Below, piece by piece: positions 43,101 to 51,600 of a DNA stretch of 62,699 nt. The translations under genes were made by a program, and so were the position numbers. The stretch covers positions 1 to 62,699 of the forward strand of contig MQRK01254065.1 of the NCBI GenBank assembly GCA_001938485.1. Reading direction: 5' to 3'. The stretch's first letter is position 1. Every line of letters starts with the position of its first letter. The notes below the pieces were generated by a model. That model ran no database searches. It was not told the origin of the DNA and saw only the letters and a program-made list of their open reading frames with translations. Source of the stretch: Girardia tigrina. Taxonomy: Eukaryota.

Positions 43101-46100
43101 TTTGATTACATTAATTTTATAGATTGAATTTGTAATATTTTATAAAATTTCTTCAAAATACATTTTTTTAAGAACACCAACATAGGTTTAAGAACTTTTA
43201 TTTTCAATACAATTAGAATTGTCTTTTGGACAACTCTCAGTAAAACTTTCGTTATTCAAAATCGTTCTAAATTGATGAATTTTAGTTAACGTTTTTAATA
43301 AACAATTATTCGAACAAATTTTTCATTATTTTCATATTTCATTTTTACAGTTCAAATTTTGTAATTTTCGTAATAATTTTATCTACATATTAATTTTATT
43401 TGAAAAATGATTTTCTTTAAAGAAAGAACATTTATTTAATTTAAAACTTAGTAAAAGTTATTTACTTTATTTAAATTTTTAATATTAAAATTTGAAACGA
43501 TTTAATATTTTTAAAGTTTTTTAAATATCTTATGCTGTACTTTTAAATGCAAATTTATACTCGAATAATTATTTATCATGAACATCTAAAACATCAATTT
43601 TCCATCTGGGTGGGAGAAACACATTTCCAAATACTAAACTCAACATACAAAATTCAACAAACCAATTTCAACATACCAAATTTAAAATATTCTTCACAAC
43701 ATTATAAAATCTACACAATTTAATTTATTTATTGTACATCCTTTTTAAAATGTATTTTGGCTAATTTACAACGATTTCTATCAATTTAATTGTTCTTAAT
43801 TCAATATTTAATTTAAAAACCAGTTAATATTTATATACTTTAAATACAAAAAAATGATTTAGAATATTTAAATGTATTGCTATACTCTAAAATTTATTTT
43901 AATTATAAATTTTTAATGGTTGTTTTTTTAAAAAAAGCTGTTTAAAATTAAAATATTTATCAAATTATTAATGTACGAAATTTTCAACAACTTTAATATT
44001 TAATAATTATATGGTTTTTAAAAACTGCATTTATAACAATCGAAAATTCATTAATTTATTGTTTGAGAATAACTTTTAAAATTAACGTAAACATATAATT
44101 TTTCTTGGTCTTTGTTGGGAGCGTTCATAAAATAAAAATTTTTTGAATCTTATCAAATTATTAAATAAACAATTACATTCCGTAAAATATTGTTATAAAT
44201 ATGTTAAAATAAGATTTTCAGAAATTTAATGTAAAAAATTAATTTAAGTAAGAAATAAAATCAATTTTACGGTAGGGTCATTAAAAGATTTATGTAAAGG
44301 TTTATTATAAAGTAAAAAAAGTTAATTTCAAATTTGATGAAAATATTTATTTGAAATAAAATAAAAAGTAATTTAAGTTTGATATTTTTTTGCGAAATAA
44401 AAGTAAACTAAATCCTTTTGGTAACTTTTAAATCAAAGTAAATTAAAAATATGGTTATCATTTTTTTTGGAAAATGTAATTATAAGTTTTTTATGGAAAT
44501 TACAATTGGAATTAAAAAAATAATTGTAAATCCATTAAACCGACTTAAATAAAAAATGCGATTTTAATTTTTTGGAAAATGTAATTGAGAAACAGGAAAA
44601 TTTAAATGTACCATAAAATTGAAAAATTAATAAAAGACGCAACAAAATCTTTGTGACAAAATTTTAATTCACTATAATTTTTTAAAGAAATATAGAATTT
44701 TAATTTGCAAAAAAAATATACTAACCGTATTTTTATTTATATCTATTTTTATTCATATTGGTTGTGTAAAAAAGAAAGTACACAAGTTCCTCAAAAATAT
44801 TTGTTTAAAAAATTCAAATTGTTATAGAAATAAATTTTTGTTATCATGATCATGTCTTTTGATCAAGAACCCAATATGGCGACCCTAGCTAGCAATTCGG
44901 ATCAGTTAATTAGGAGACTAATGCCGGAAAAATATCGGAGACAGGACAATGTCGAAACATTTAAATCGGCTTGTGCTCGATATTTCAAAGTGGCAAAGGT
45001 CCAGGAAAATATTCAGGAAATATTGGTGATAGGGTTATTGTCCCACGAGTTAATACCAATATATGAAAGTGTTCCTGCGGATATAAAAGGATATGAAGCC
45101 CGACTTCGTGAAGCTTTCCTTAAGAAAAGCACATTGATGAAAGACTTAGAAGAGGCTGTACATTTCGAGAGGTCCGGTGAATCGATCGAGGAGTACTTTG
45201 CTAAAGTATATAAATTAGCGGAGAAATTAGTAAAACACCAATGGACAAAAGAGGAAATAGAAAGATGTCTTCTAATTCACGGATCAAAGGACAGTGATGT
45301 GAAAAAGGAGATTAAACTCAGAGACATAAAGGAGATACCGGAAATAAAGAACGTGATGAGGAAAGTAGAATAAATCCGGAGATCTGAAAAACCGGTTCAT
45401 GCGGTAAGACCAACGTATAGAGAAGCGATAAAAAGAGGAAACACAGCCGGGAATTCGGTGAGGAAAACGGAAACATCGGAGAGACTTTGCGTAACAACAA
45501 TACATGCTGAACTGCAAAGAAATAGTCCATAGAAGCAGTGAATGTAAGCGAGAAAAGAAGATCACATGCTACGCATGTGGAGAAACGGGCCATGTGCGCC
45601 GAGAATGTAAGACGATAATATGTAACAAGTGTAACGATCCAGGATATAAGGCGGATGTGTGTCACATGAATCTGAACCGACGTCATCACAGAAGGAACGA
45701 GTATGAAGAGAGAAAAGAGTATCATGGGAGAACACAGAGGGACAATCGACAGCCACCACGGAGTCAGGAAAGAGACGGGAGAAGCTGGAAGTCGGAAGAA
45801 TATCTGAGAGGTTTTCAAAGAGGATGACAAATAGCAATGATGGAAGAAGAAGAGTGCAGAGAATCTGAAAAAAACGATCAATGCCAAGACGACGAGTAAC
45901 CGATCTTGGCACTACAGTAAGTCTTTTATTACACAAACCAAACCATATAAATTATATATATAATAGTAATAATATCAGTAATATAAATAATATTAGTAGT
46001 AAATTAAATAATAGTAATCGTTTTAATAAAATTGATAAAAATATGTCACAAAGTATGAACGACCAGGAACCGGAGATAGATCATAAAGTGATTAAGTTTA

Positions 46101-47534
46101 TTAAAAAGATACCGGATAAATCAGGAGAACTCTTAATAATTAATAATGAGGAAAATGTACCGATTATGTATAACAAACTACAGGGACGACCAAGCATAAA
46201 TGTTACGATTGAGAACATCGAGATTGAATGCCTATTAGATACGGGAGCTGCATTAAACGTGATAAACTAAGAATTTGTTAAGAAAATAAATAACATAAAA
46301 GTGAAACGAACAAATCAAAAATTGACGGCAACAAATGGGTTACAAATGGATGTTAGAGGAGAGATGGAGACGGTAGTGAAAATTGGAAAAAAAAGTGGAG
46401 AAAACAAGATTTGTAATAGTGAAAAGTTTAAAACCAGAGATGATAAGAGGCATACCATTGATGGAAGAGTTCGGGATAGAACTACAATGGAAAGAACAAA
46501 ATCAAGAAAATAGTAAAACCAATATATGGGAAATCGAGGCAAAATTTGGGGAAAAGATTACGGATGAAGATCGAGGTAAAGAGGCACTAAAAACGATAGA
46601 AACACAGAACGATAAATCAATAGAGAAATTAATCCACCAATATCGATGCATATTTGTGGCAAACGACTGGGATATCGGATGCACGAATTTACTACGTCAT
46701 ACGATAGAAACAACGGGGGGACCAATCAATATAAAACCAAGTTCCTCAAAAATATTTGTTTAAAAAATTCAAATTGTTATAAAAATAAATTTTTGTGTTC
46801 ATGATAATGATCAAGAACACAATAGTCTTATATATTTTTTTAAATCAATTATTTTAAAAATTCATTTTAACTGAAATTTTAGTAGATAAAAATAAATTAT
46901 TCTTGAAAATAACTTTTTAAAATTAATTAAAGATATTTTTAATTATAATTCTTTAGAAAAACTTTTGATTTTATATATTTTCTTATTTAGAGATTACTTA
47001 TAAAAATTAATTATTTCAAAAATTTAAAGAGTGAACCTGCCCCTCAGACTTATAAAAATGATTTCGAAATTTTAAAAACTCAAAGTTCCCCAAGGTTGAC
47101 CCTTAATTGAGAACCGTTTATTTACATAAATAATGTCAATTGTACCGTTATTCTCTGATTTAATAATAATTGTAAACAATCGATGCATCTCATAACACCA
47201 CTTATTGGTGATATTCCATATCTCTCAAGAATTTCATTCAGTGCCGATTCGATATTTCCGATTAACGCAAACTTATTCCAAAAAATTGGATTTTCTGGAA
47301 ATTCAATTCAAATTTAAATCTCATATTTAAAATAAACTCCATACTTAAATCGACCGGTTCTCTCTCTTCATTCTCGGAGTCATCGGTATCGAAATCGACA
47401 TTGTCAAGTGAATCTTGTGGTCGGTTTCTTTCAAAATTTATCCCTTTTTGAATAGCATCATATCGACGTGCTTCCTTTTTCTTGCCTCGTTTCCTATGAG
47501 TGACTTCCGTCCAACCTTGCTCATCATCTTCCAT
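2787..47534 (-). CDS. HELZ2: HELZ2-like protein (OB/cold-shock domains + degenerate RNB domain + UPF1-like SF1 helicase); 17 exons, ~1879 aa
   Basis: Exons joined by hand with GT-AG ends and matching phases: 47345-47534, 47146-47294, 36498-36654, 35207-35365, 28997-29127, 28814-28951, 22016-24960, 19194-19285, 19021-19146, 15705-15830, 15163-15458, 11015-11344, 7833-7958, 7509-7736, 3503-3683, 2927-3097, 2787-2881 (sum 5640 nt). SF1 motifs GPPGTGKT, CGPSNQSV, IMDECG, LIGDHRQLRP, SLFERL, LNTQYRMHPSICEFPS, STVVKSQGSESDYVIFSTVRS and NVALTRAR follow an RNB-like region. RNB followed by an SF1 helicase is the HELZ2 C-terminal architecture. The symbol denotes family likeness, not proven orthology. 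The first four exons are less certain. Confidence 0.8.
2927..3097 (-). CDS. HELZ2-like exon 16 (SESDYVIFSTVRS...NVALTRARKGLFIIG)
   Basis: SF1 motifs V/VI. Confidence 0.92.
3503..3683 (-). CDS. HELZ2-like exon 15 (IITQYRLQ; STVVKSQG)
   Basis: SF1 motifs IV/V; phase 0-1. Confidence 0.88.
3861..6103. mobile_element. unit bounded by 87-bp inverted repeats (3861-3947 / 6017-6103) enclosing a non-LTR fragment and a hAT end
   Basis: Inverted repeats match with one mismatch; both ends abut TA. Confidence 0.6.
4540..5760 (+). mobile_element. non-LTR retrotransposon remnant, restriction-like-endonuclease clade (R2/NeSL-like)
   Basis: RT motif TYADDLVLL, YVYLG, YLYS..HGEVGL, and zinc-knuckle remnant ETLAHVVSHC followed by NHRHDTVV; frameshifted. 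Confidence 0.8.
7509..7736 (-). CDS. HELZ2-like exon 14 (SKCNETEARVV)
   Basis: SF1 N-x-x-E-A motif; GTAAGT donor. Confidence 0.85.
7833..7958 (-). CDS. HELZ2-like exon 13 (HPSICEFPSDHFYG)
   Basis: Continues QYRM|HPSI; phase 0-0. Confidence 0.85.
8300..9829. mobile_element. hAT-type MITE interrupted by gypsy element A
   Basis: 11-bp TIRs TAGTGTGTTAC / GTAACACACTA; 8-bp TSD ATCATGAC / TTCATGAC; subterminal CCCGGG repeats. Confidence 0.75.
8385..9760 (-). mobile_element. Ty3/gypsy element A, truncated: 5' LTR 9544-9760, gag with CCHC knuckles, start of pol
   Basis: LTR TGTGAG...TCTAACA then PBS-like TGGCG; gag MADYANFLNHMIPEAFNG...CFNCKKDGHSYRNC; stops and frameshifts. Confidence 0.8.
11015..11344 (-). 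CDS. HELZ2-like exon 12 (Walker B IMDECG, motif III GDHRQLRP)
   Basis: UPF1-like motifs DE, GDxxQLxP, SLFERL, LxxQYRM; canonical splice sites. Confidence 0.92.
13005..13130. repeat. (TA)n microsatellite spanning a gap (others at ~6497-6523, 10962-10995, 12123-12138, 61381-61406)
   Basis: Seen directly. Confidence 0.95.
13580..13730 (+). mobile_element. mariner transposase remnant
   Basis: HDNARPHT and PPYSRDM (YSPDL-type) motifs. Confidence 0.55.
15163..15458 (-). CDS. HELZ2-like exon 11
   Basis: KLLRIFNSETVNFDFPYPG...IALHYIVR; phase 1-0. Confidence 0.85.
15705..15830 (-). CDS. HELZ2-like exon 10 (TGKT; motif Ia CGPSNQSVNVVA)
   Basis: Completes Walker A GPPG|TGKT across a 3.2-kb intron. 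Confidence 0.9.
16022..16500 (-). mobile_element. PIF/Harbinger transposase remnant
   Basis: ALVRFATGFIQ, EPGS and LLGDNNGYPC resemble HARBI1-type ALRFxATGxFQ, WPGS and LLGDxGYP. Confidence 0.6.
16990..17870 (-). mobile_element. piggyBac-like transposase remnant
   Basis: YSTDKEMVKF (SIDExMVxF-like) and C-terminal KKYCDTCPD cysteine motif; heavily decayed. Confidence 0.45.
19021..19146 (-). CDS. HELZ2-like exon 9 (Q motif LNERQ; first half of Walker A, WGPPG)
   Basis: LNERQTDALQKSITKSFTLIWGPPG; canonical splice sites. Confidence 0.9.
19194..19285 (-). CDS. HELZ2-like exon 8
   Basis: Phase 2-1 exon, 47-nt intron to exon 9. Confidence 0.75.
19800..20765 (+). mobile_element. Zator transposase remnant
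   Basis: GAAADDNRR..KTLKDL, IPVKLIKAEND.RKSHPD, SQDDK, APVLM, HKLIP.LYA and HARDFERL match the Zator transposase motif series; frameshifted. Confidence 0.7.
20800..21775 (+). mobile_element. Ty3/gypsy integrase fragment related to element B
   Basis: Zn-finger H..H..C..C, HVDRG, SSPYHHNTNGIIERQFRTIRD. Confidence 0.85.
22016..24960 (-). CDS. HELZ2-like exon 7 (2945 nt): end of CSD1, CSD2, degenerate RNB domain, linker
   Basis: 975-aa ORF. GRVVSVLQ (CSD); FSIKHPKKEFNEIAYSF...SVGIHIVNV...IDDLARHRFFTFLLP...HMQP and SITNPLSCYLDAELQRIL align to RNase II/R motifs. Confidence 0.88.
25660..26760 (+). mobile_element. Chapaev3 (CMC) transposase remnant
   Basis: DCYFC, FNQDDLNDLIRDL..LASRLKEK, LLHNGN, LLGQHSGYTNYPCFLC..ESR and LQPLHIKL motifs. 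Confidence 0.7.
26780..27480 (+). mobile_element. mariner transposase remnant
   Basis: FLQHFIIGDENWIY (TGDEKW-type first catalytic Asp). Confidence 0.6.
28814..28951 (-). CDS. HELZ2-like exon 6, cold-shock/OB domain (KIYLHNRRNCNRAFNQDIVNVT)
   Basis: Matches the Dis3/RNase R CSD1 pattern I-x-G/N-R-x-N-x-N-R-A-x-x-G-D-x-V-x-V; canonical splice sites. Confidence 0.8.
28997..29127 (-). CDS. HELZ2-like exon 5
   Basis: TTTAG acceptor phase 1, GTAATT donor phase 0, 45-nt intron to exon 6. Confidence 0.7.
29644..34877. mobile_element. hAT element hosting gypsy B and a piggyBac-like end
   Basis: TIRs TAGGGCCCA / TGGGCCCTA; 8-bp TSD GTCACAAG / GTTATAAG; minus-strand hAT dimerisation motif LAKVYIALPISSVDVERSFS at ~29900-30000; AAAGGG|TTAA at ~34530. 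Confidence 0.65.
30190..34457 (+). mobile_element. Ty3/gypsy element B (LTRs ~30190-30604 and 34045-34457; gag-PR-RT-RH-IN, decayed, deletion in RT)
   Basis: Near-identical ~400-bp direct repeats; PBS TGGCGACCAC; PPT GAGGGGGA; CLLDIGA, YLDD, LDTDAS and integrase HVDRG in gypsy order. Confidence 0.93.
35207..35365 (-). CDS. HELZ2-like exon 4 (PNQFIHGSEFLYEYKEF...)
   Basis: TAG acceptor, AAG|GTATAT donor, phase 1-1. Confidence 0.6.
36498..36654 (-). CDS. HELZ2-like exon 3 (EFFLNSNFEKIMENLDQKIIFVSVIPTF...)
   Basis: TTTTCAG acceptor phase 0, open frame, CAG|GTTATT donor phase 1; bridges the phases of exons 2 and 4. Confidence 0.55.
37086..38149. mobile_element. Tc1/mariner element, interior mostly N-gap
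   Basis: Perfect 26-bp TIRs CAGGGTGCGGCAGCTATTTGAGAACA flanked by TA TSD. Confidence 0.85.
38482..41870 (-). mobile_element. Ty3/gypsy element D, 5'-truncated: pol plus 3' LTR 38482-38680
   Basis: LLDTGA protease, RT (IDLGNAYYQV), RNase H (LDTDAS), integrase ORF 38796-39698; PPT GAAAGGGGGA; LTR TGTTAG...CTAACA. Confidence 0.92.
44113..46824 (+). mobile_element. Ty3/gypsy element C, internally deleted: 5' LTR 44113-44876, gag, PR, partial 3' LTR ~46738-46824
   Basis: 5-bp TSD GTCTT at 44108-44112 and 46825-46829; LTR TGTTGGG...CCCAATA; PBS TGGCGACC; three CCHC knuckles; LLDTGA; deletion junction at CAAG microhomology. Confidence 0.92.
47146..47294 (-). CDS. HELZ2-like exon 2 (NPIFWNKFALIGNIESALNEILERYG...)
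   Basis: TTCCAG acceptor; splicing avoids the in-frame TAA of the unspliced ORF; phase-0 donor GTACAA. Confidence 0.6.
47345..47534 (-). CDS. HELZ2-like exon 1 (MEDDEQGWTEVTHRKRGKKK...)
   Basis: ATG at 47534, acidic/basic N-terminus, phase-1 donor GTATGG, 50-nt intron to the next exon. Confidence 0.6.
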
Positions 47535-48620
47535 TCGAAATTGATTTTCTTTAATCACAAATTTAAAAAAATATTTCAAATAAATTTCGGTTTCTTTGAG
47601 CTTGACTGTGACCTTGTAATTGACACGGTAAAACAAATTTTCTCTAATTTTTTAATGATTATTTTATTGGTGTTTTGATAATACGAATTTACAAATGGAA
47701 TTTATAATGAAAAATCCATAATAAACATTTCCTAACTCGATTAAAAGATACTCCAATAAATGTTTGTTATTTATAAATAAAAGAAACAAAGAATATTTAC
47801 TAATTACATAATACAAACTTAATAAAACTCATTGTGACTACAGTTTTGAAATTGTTTTTAATTTATAAGGTCAATTTATTTGAATTTTTAAATTTAATTC
47901 ATCAAATATTTTTGATTTATTTACCTTATTATTTTATTTGTAAAGAAATATAGTTATATAAACATTTGAATAATACATGAGTTCTTTAATGTATTATCCC
48001 TTGATTTTGTGCTCATTGACGTTTATTCATGCGTTTTATTCTATCAGACGCCCTAAGTCGACTAATTGTATTTATATTTTTTTTACAATATGAATCACTA
48101 AAATTTTATGATTCACTAAACATTTCACGTTTTTCATAAAGCTTTTTATTATCAGGAATAATGAAAATCAATGAAAGTTCAATAAGAAGATATATAGATT
48201 CTCGCAGTTATGAATCTGTAAGTTCTCAAGGGGAATGTGACAGCCCTGAAAATTCTTGAAAGTGGTGGAAAGCAGTTCTACTACTTCTTTCAATGCTTTA
48301 TAAAAGCTTTATGAAGAATTGATACTGATCATTGAGCTGATACAGTTGGTTCTGCTTTAAGGGAAAAGTTACATCCGGGTGGATTTACTATTTAAATATT
48401 GATTTGGTAATTAGATATCTTTAATATAATTGGTAGCCTGTGTTCTCCATTTCTGAATATCAAATGAATCATATCGATGGAAAATTTCTGCTGATTTTAC
48501 AGAAATCAGTGCAGTTAGAGCATTTGATTTTCCTATCCTTTTCTGAATTTTTTTGTCAATTCTAAATGGCTATAAATTGCGCAACTTTGTATATAAAAAT
48601 AATTTATTTACTAATTAGTC

Positions 48621-51600
48621 AGTTAAATCTCCAGGTTTCACTTCAGGATTCATAATAAATACAAGTAGAATTTATTAATTATTTACAATTTTTTTAGAAT
48701 ACTTAAACAAATAATAATCACAACTTTCCCCTCTTTTATAATTCGTTATTTACTTTCTTAATCAACTCAATTCTTCGACGTATTATGTTTCCATCTTTTA
48801 AATTATGTAGTTCCAATTGGTGTGGCGATATATGCCTTACAATTGGATACGGTCCATCGAATGGGAAAGTGTCCTTCTCAGTTTTGTAGGATCTTGTTTT
48901 ACAAAGACTTTCTGACCATCCTCGAAATGTCGATTTGTTCTCTTCTCTCTATCCCAATTTTCCATTCGTCTTGGCACTTTCTCTAAATTTTCTCTTACCT
49001 TCATCTTGATCACGTTGATCTCTTCCGATTTAGCTATTCCTGCTGCCGCAGGTAAGTTTATTTTTCTACCAAACACTACTTCGAAGAGCGAATATCCGGT
49101 CGTACTCTGAACTGTTGCATTTAGACAGAATTCTATCTTCGGAACAATTTGCCACCATGATCGTTTGTCTGTGTCTCCTCTGCTTGTTACTGTCATGTCT
49201 CTCACTGTTCGAATAGTTCTTTCTGCCAACCCGTTTGATTGATGTTGAAATGGGCTACTAAATCTTTGTTCGATTCCATATTACCTACAAAAATATTTAA
49301 ATTTTCCGCCAGTAAAACATTTTCCATTGTCTGTTATTATTGTTTTTGGCTTCCCATATCTAGATATCCATTTTATCAGCACGCATTGAACTATGGTGTC
49401 TTCGGTTTGAGTTCTTATCTCCGTCAAAGAGACCAATTTCGAAAATTTTTCTGCGTATACATTCCTGATATTCTCCTATAACATATGCACCTCTTTCGCT
49501 AAATCTGGTAGCATAAAATGATTTTGTATACACTTATTTGTCTTCTTGATACCTACATGACATAAATCTCTAGGTATTTTCCCGATGAAATCTCTTCTAA
49601 TTTGCTTCGGAACCTATGGTAACACACAATTTCCTTCTTGCCTACCCCATAACCCATTCTGATAAACTAATTGGTCCTTTAGTTGTAATAACTCCTTGGT
49701 GATTTCATTCTTTTCACCCTCTGCCATCTCCTGTATTTGTTTCAACTGGTTCAACTCTGAGCACTTTTCTTGTTCGTCTTTTATCCATTGAATTGTAGAC
49801 TGAATCACCACTGTATTGATGTGTTTCACCCTTGCTTTTGTTGATTTTTGTTCTTCATGTTTTGTTTCACATTGTGCACAAACGTCATCGTATAGCCGTG
49901 ATAATCCATCTGCATTTCCATGTTCGTCACCATTTCTATACTTCAAATCAAATTCAAAATCAGCATGTTTGCCAACCATGTCTGGAATTGAGGAGTTATT
50001 TGTTTGGAAGTACTCTTCATATACTCCAGTGCTTTATGATCAGTTCTTGGTATAAATCGCTTGCCATATAAATATTGTTTGAAATGTAACATGAACTCTT
50101 ATAAAGCTAATAATTCCTTTCTTGTCACACAGTACCCTTTTTCATGTCTGGTTAAAGTCCTCGATGCATACGCGATTACTACTTTTTTTTCTCTTCTGAT
50201 ATCTGACTAAGAACTACTCCTATCGATCCGAATGATGCATCTGTGTCTAAGATGAAATTATTATTCGGGTTCACAAATGCTAATATTGGTGCCCACATAG
50301 CTTTTGCTTCAATTCGTTAAAACTTCTGTCACACTCGGCTGATCATATTTCTTTACATTTTCCGCTGCATGCACTGTGCAAAGGTGCTGCTAATTCTGCG
50401 TAATTCTTGATAAATCGTCAATAGTAGTTACACAGACCTAAAAATGCTTGTAAATTTTGAGTACACTTTGGAATCGGAAAATTTTGAATTTCTGCCACTT
50501 TCAATTAATTTGTTGAGATACCTTCTTTGTTAATTGTATGTCCCAGAAATACCAGCTACCCTACTCCGAATTTGCATTTCCCTGGATTGACTTTTAAACC
50601 TGCTTTCTTCAGTCTATTCAGTATTTCTTCTAATAGTCTCATATGATCCTTTATTGATTTTGAGTAAATTAAGACATCATCTAGGTATATTACTACGCCA
50701 GAGAATAGTAAATCTTCAAATAATGAATTCATTATTCTCTGAAACGTTCCGGGTGCTGTTGAAAGTCCAAACGGTACACAGTTAAAACAATACTGCTATG
50801 TTATTGTCCAAAATGCAGTCTTTTCTTGAGAACTTTCATGCAATGCTACCTGATGGTATGCTTTACCTAGATCTATACTGGAAAAAATTCTGGAGCCACC
50901 CAGAGCATCCATTAACATTTGGCTGTCTGGCATTGGAAAGGAAACTTTCTTTGATACATCATTAAATTTTCTGAAATCTAATCAAATTCGAATACCTCCA
51001 TTTTTCTTTGACGTAATGTCTCACGGGGAGTTCCATTGACTTTTACATTTCCGAATTATTCCTGCCTTTTCTAATCCTTTCAAAAATCCTTCGATTTGAC
51101 TTTCTAAATGAATCGATTGCCTTCTTGGATTCAGAAAAATTGGTTTACCTTCTGTTTCAATTTTTTGAACAACAATATCCGTAAATCCAAGATCGTATTC
51201 ATGTTTCATGAAAACATCATCATATCGTTTCACAAGGTCTTCCAGTCGTTTGTTTTGCTCTTGCAGTTTCATATCTTTCTCCACTATCACAACTGACTTC
51301 TTGGTATTTTTTTTAAGTTTGATTCCGAATTTATGCATGATATTAACACCTCCAATGACTGCCGGTCGGATTGCTTTCACCACTAAAAAAACTACTGCAT
51401 GACACTCTTCTTTCCATTTCAGCTTCACTGTTATTTTTCCCAAACACTTATGGCCTTCTGAAAACGCTCCATTTTGTATAATTGGGCTCCTTTCTAATCT
51501 GGGTTGTCCGATTTCCAACCAAACCTTCTCACTTATAACTGCAACACCCGCTCCACTATCCCACAACATTAATACATTGTGATTGTTCAGCTTAACATCA

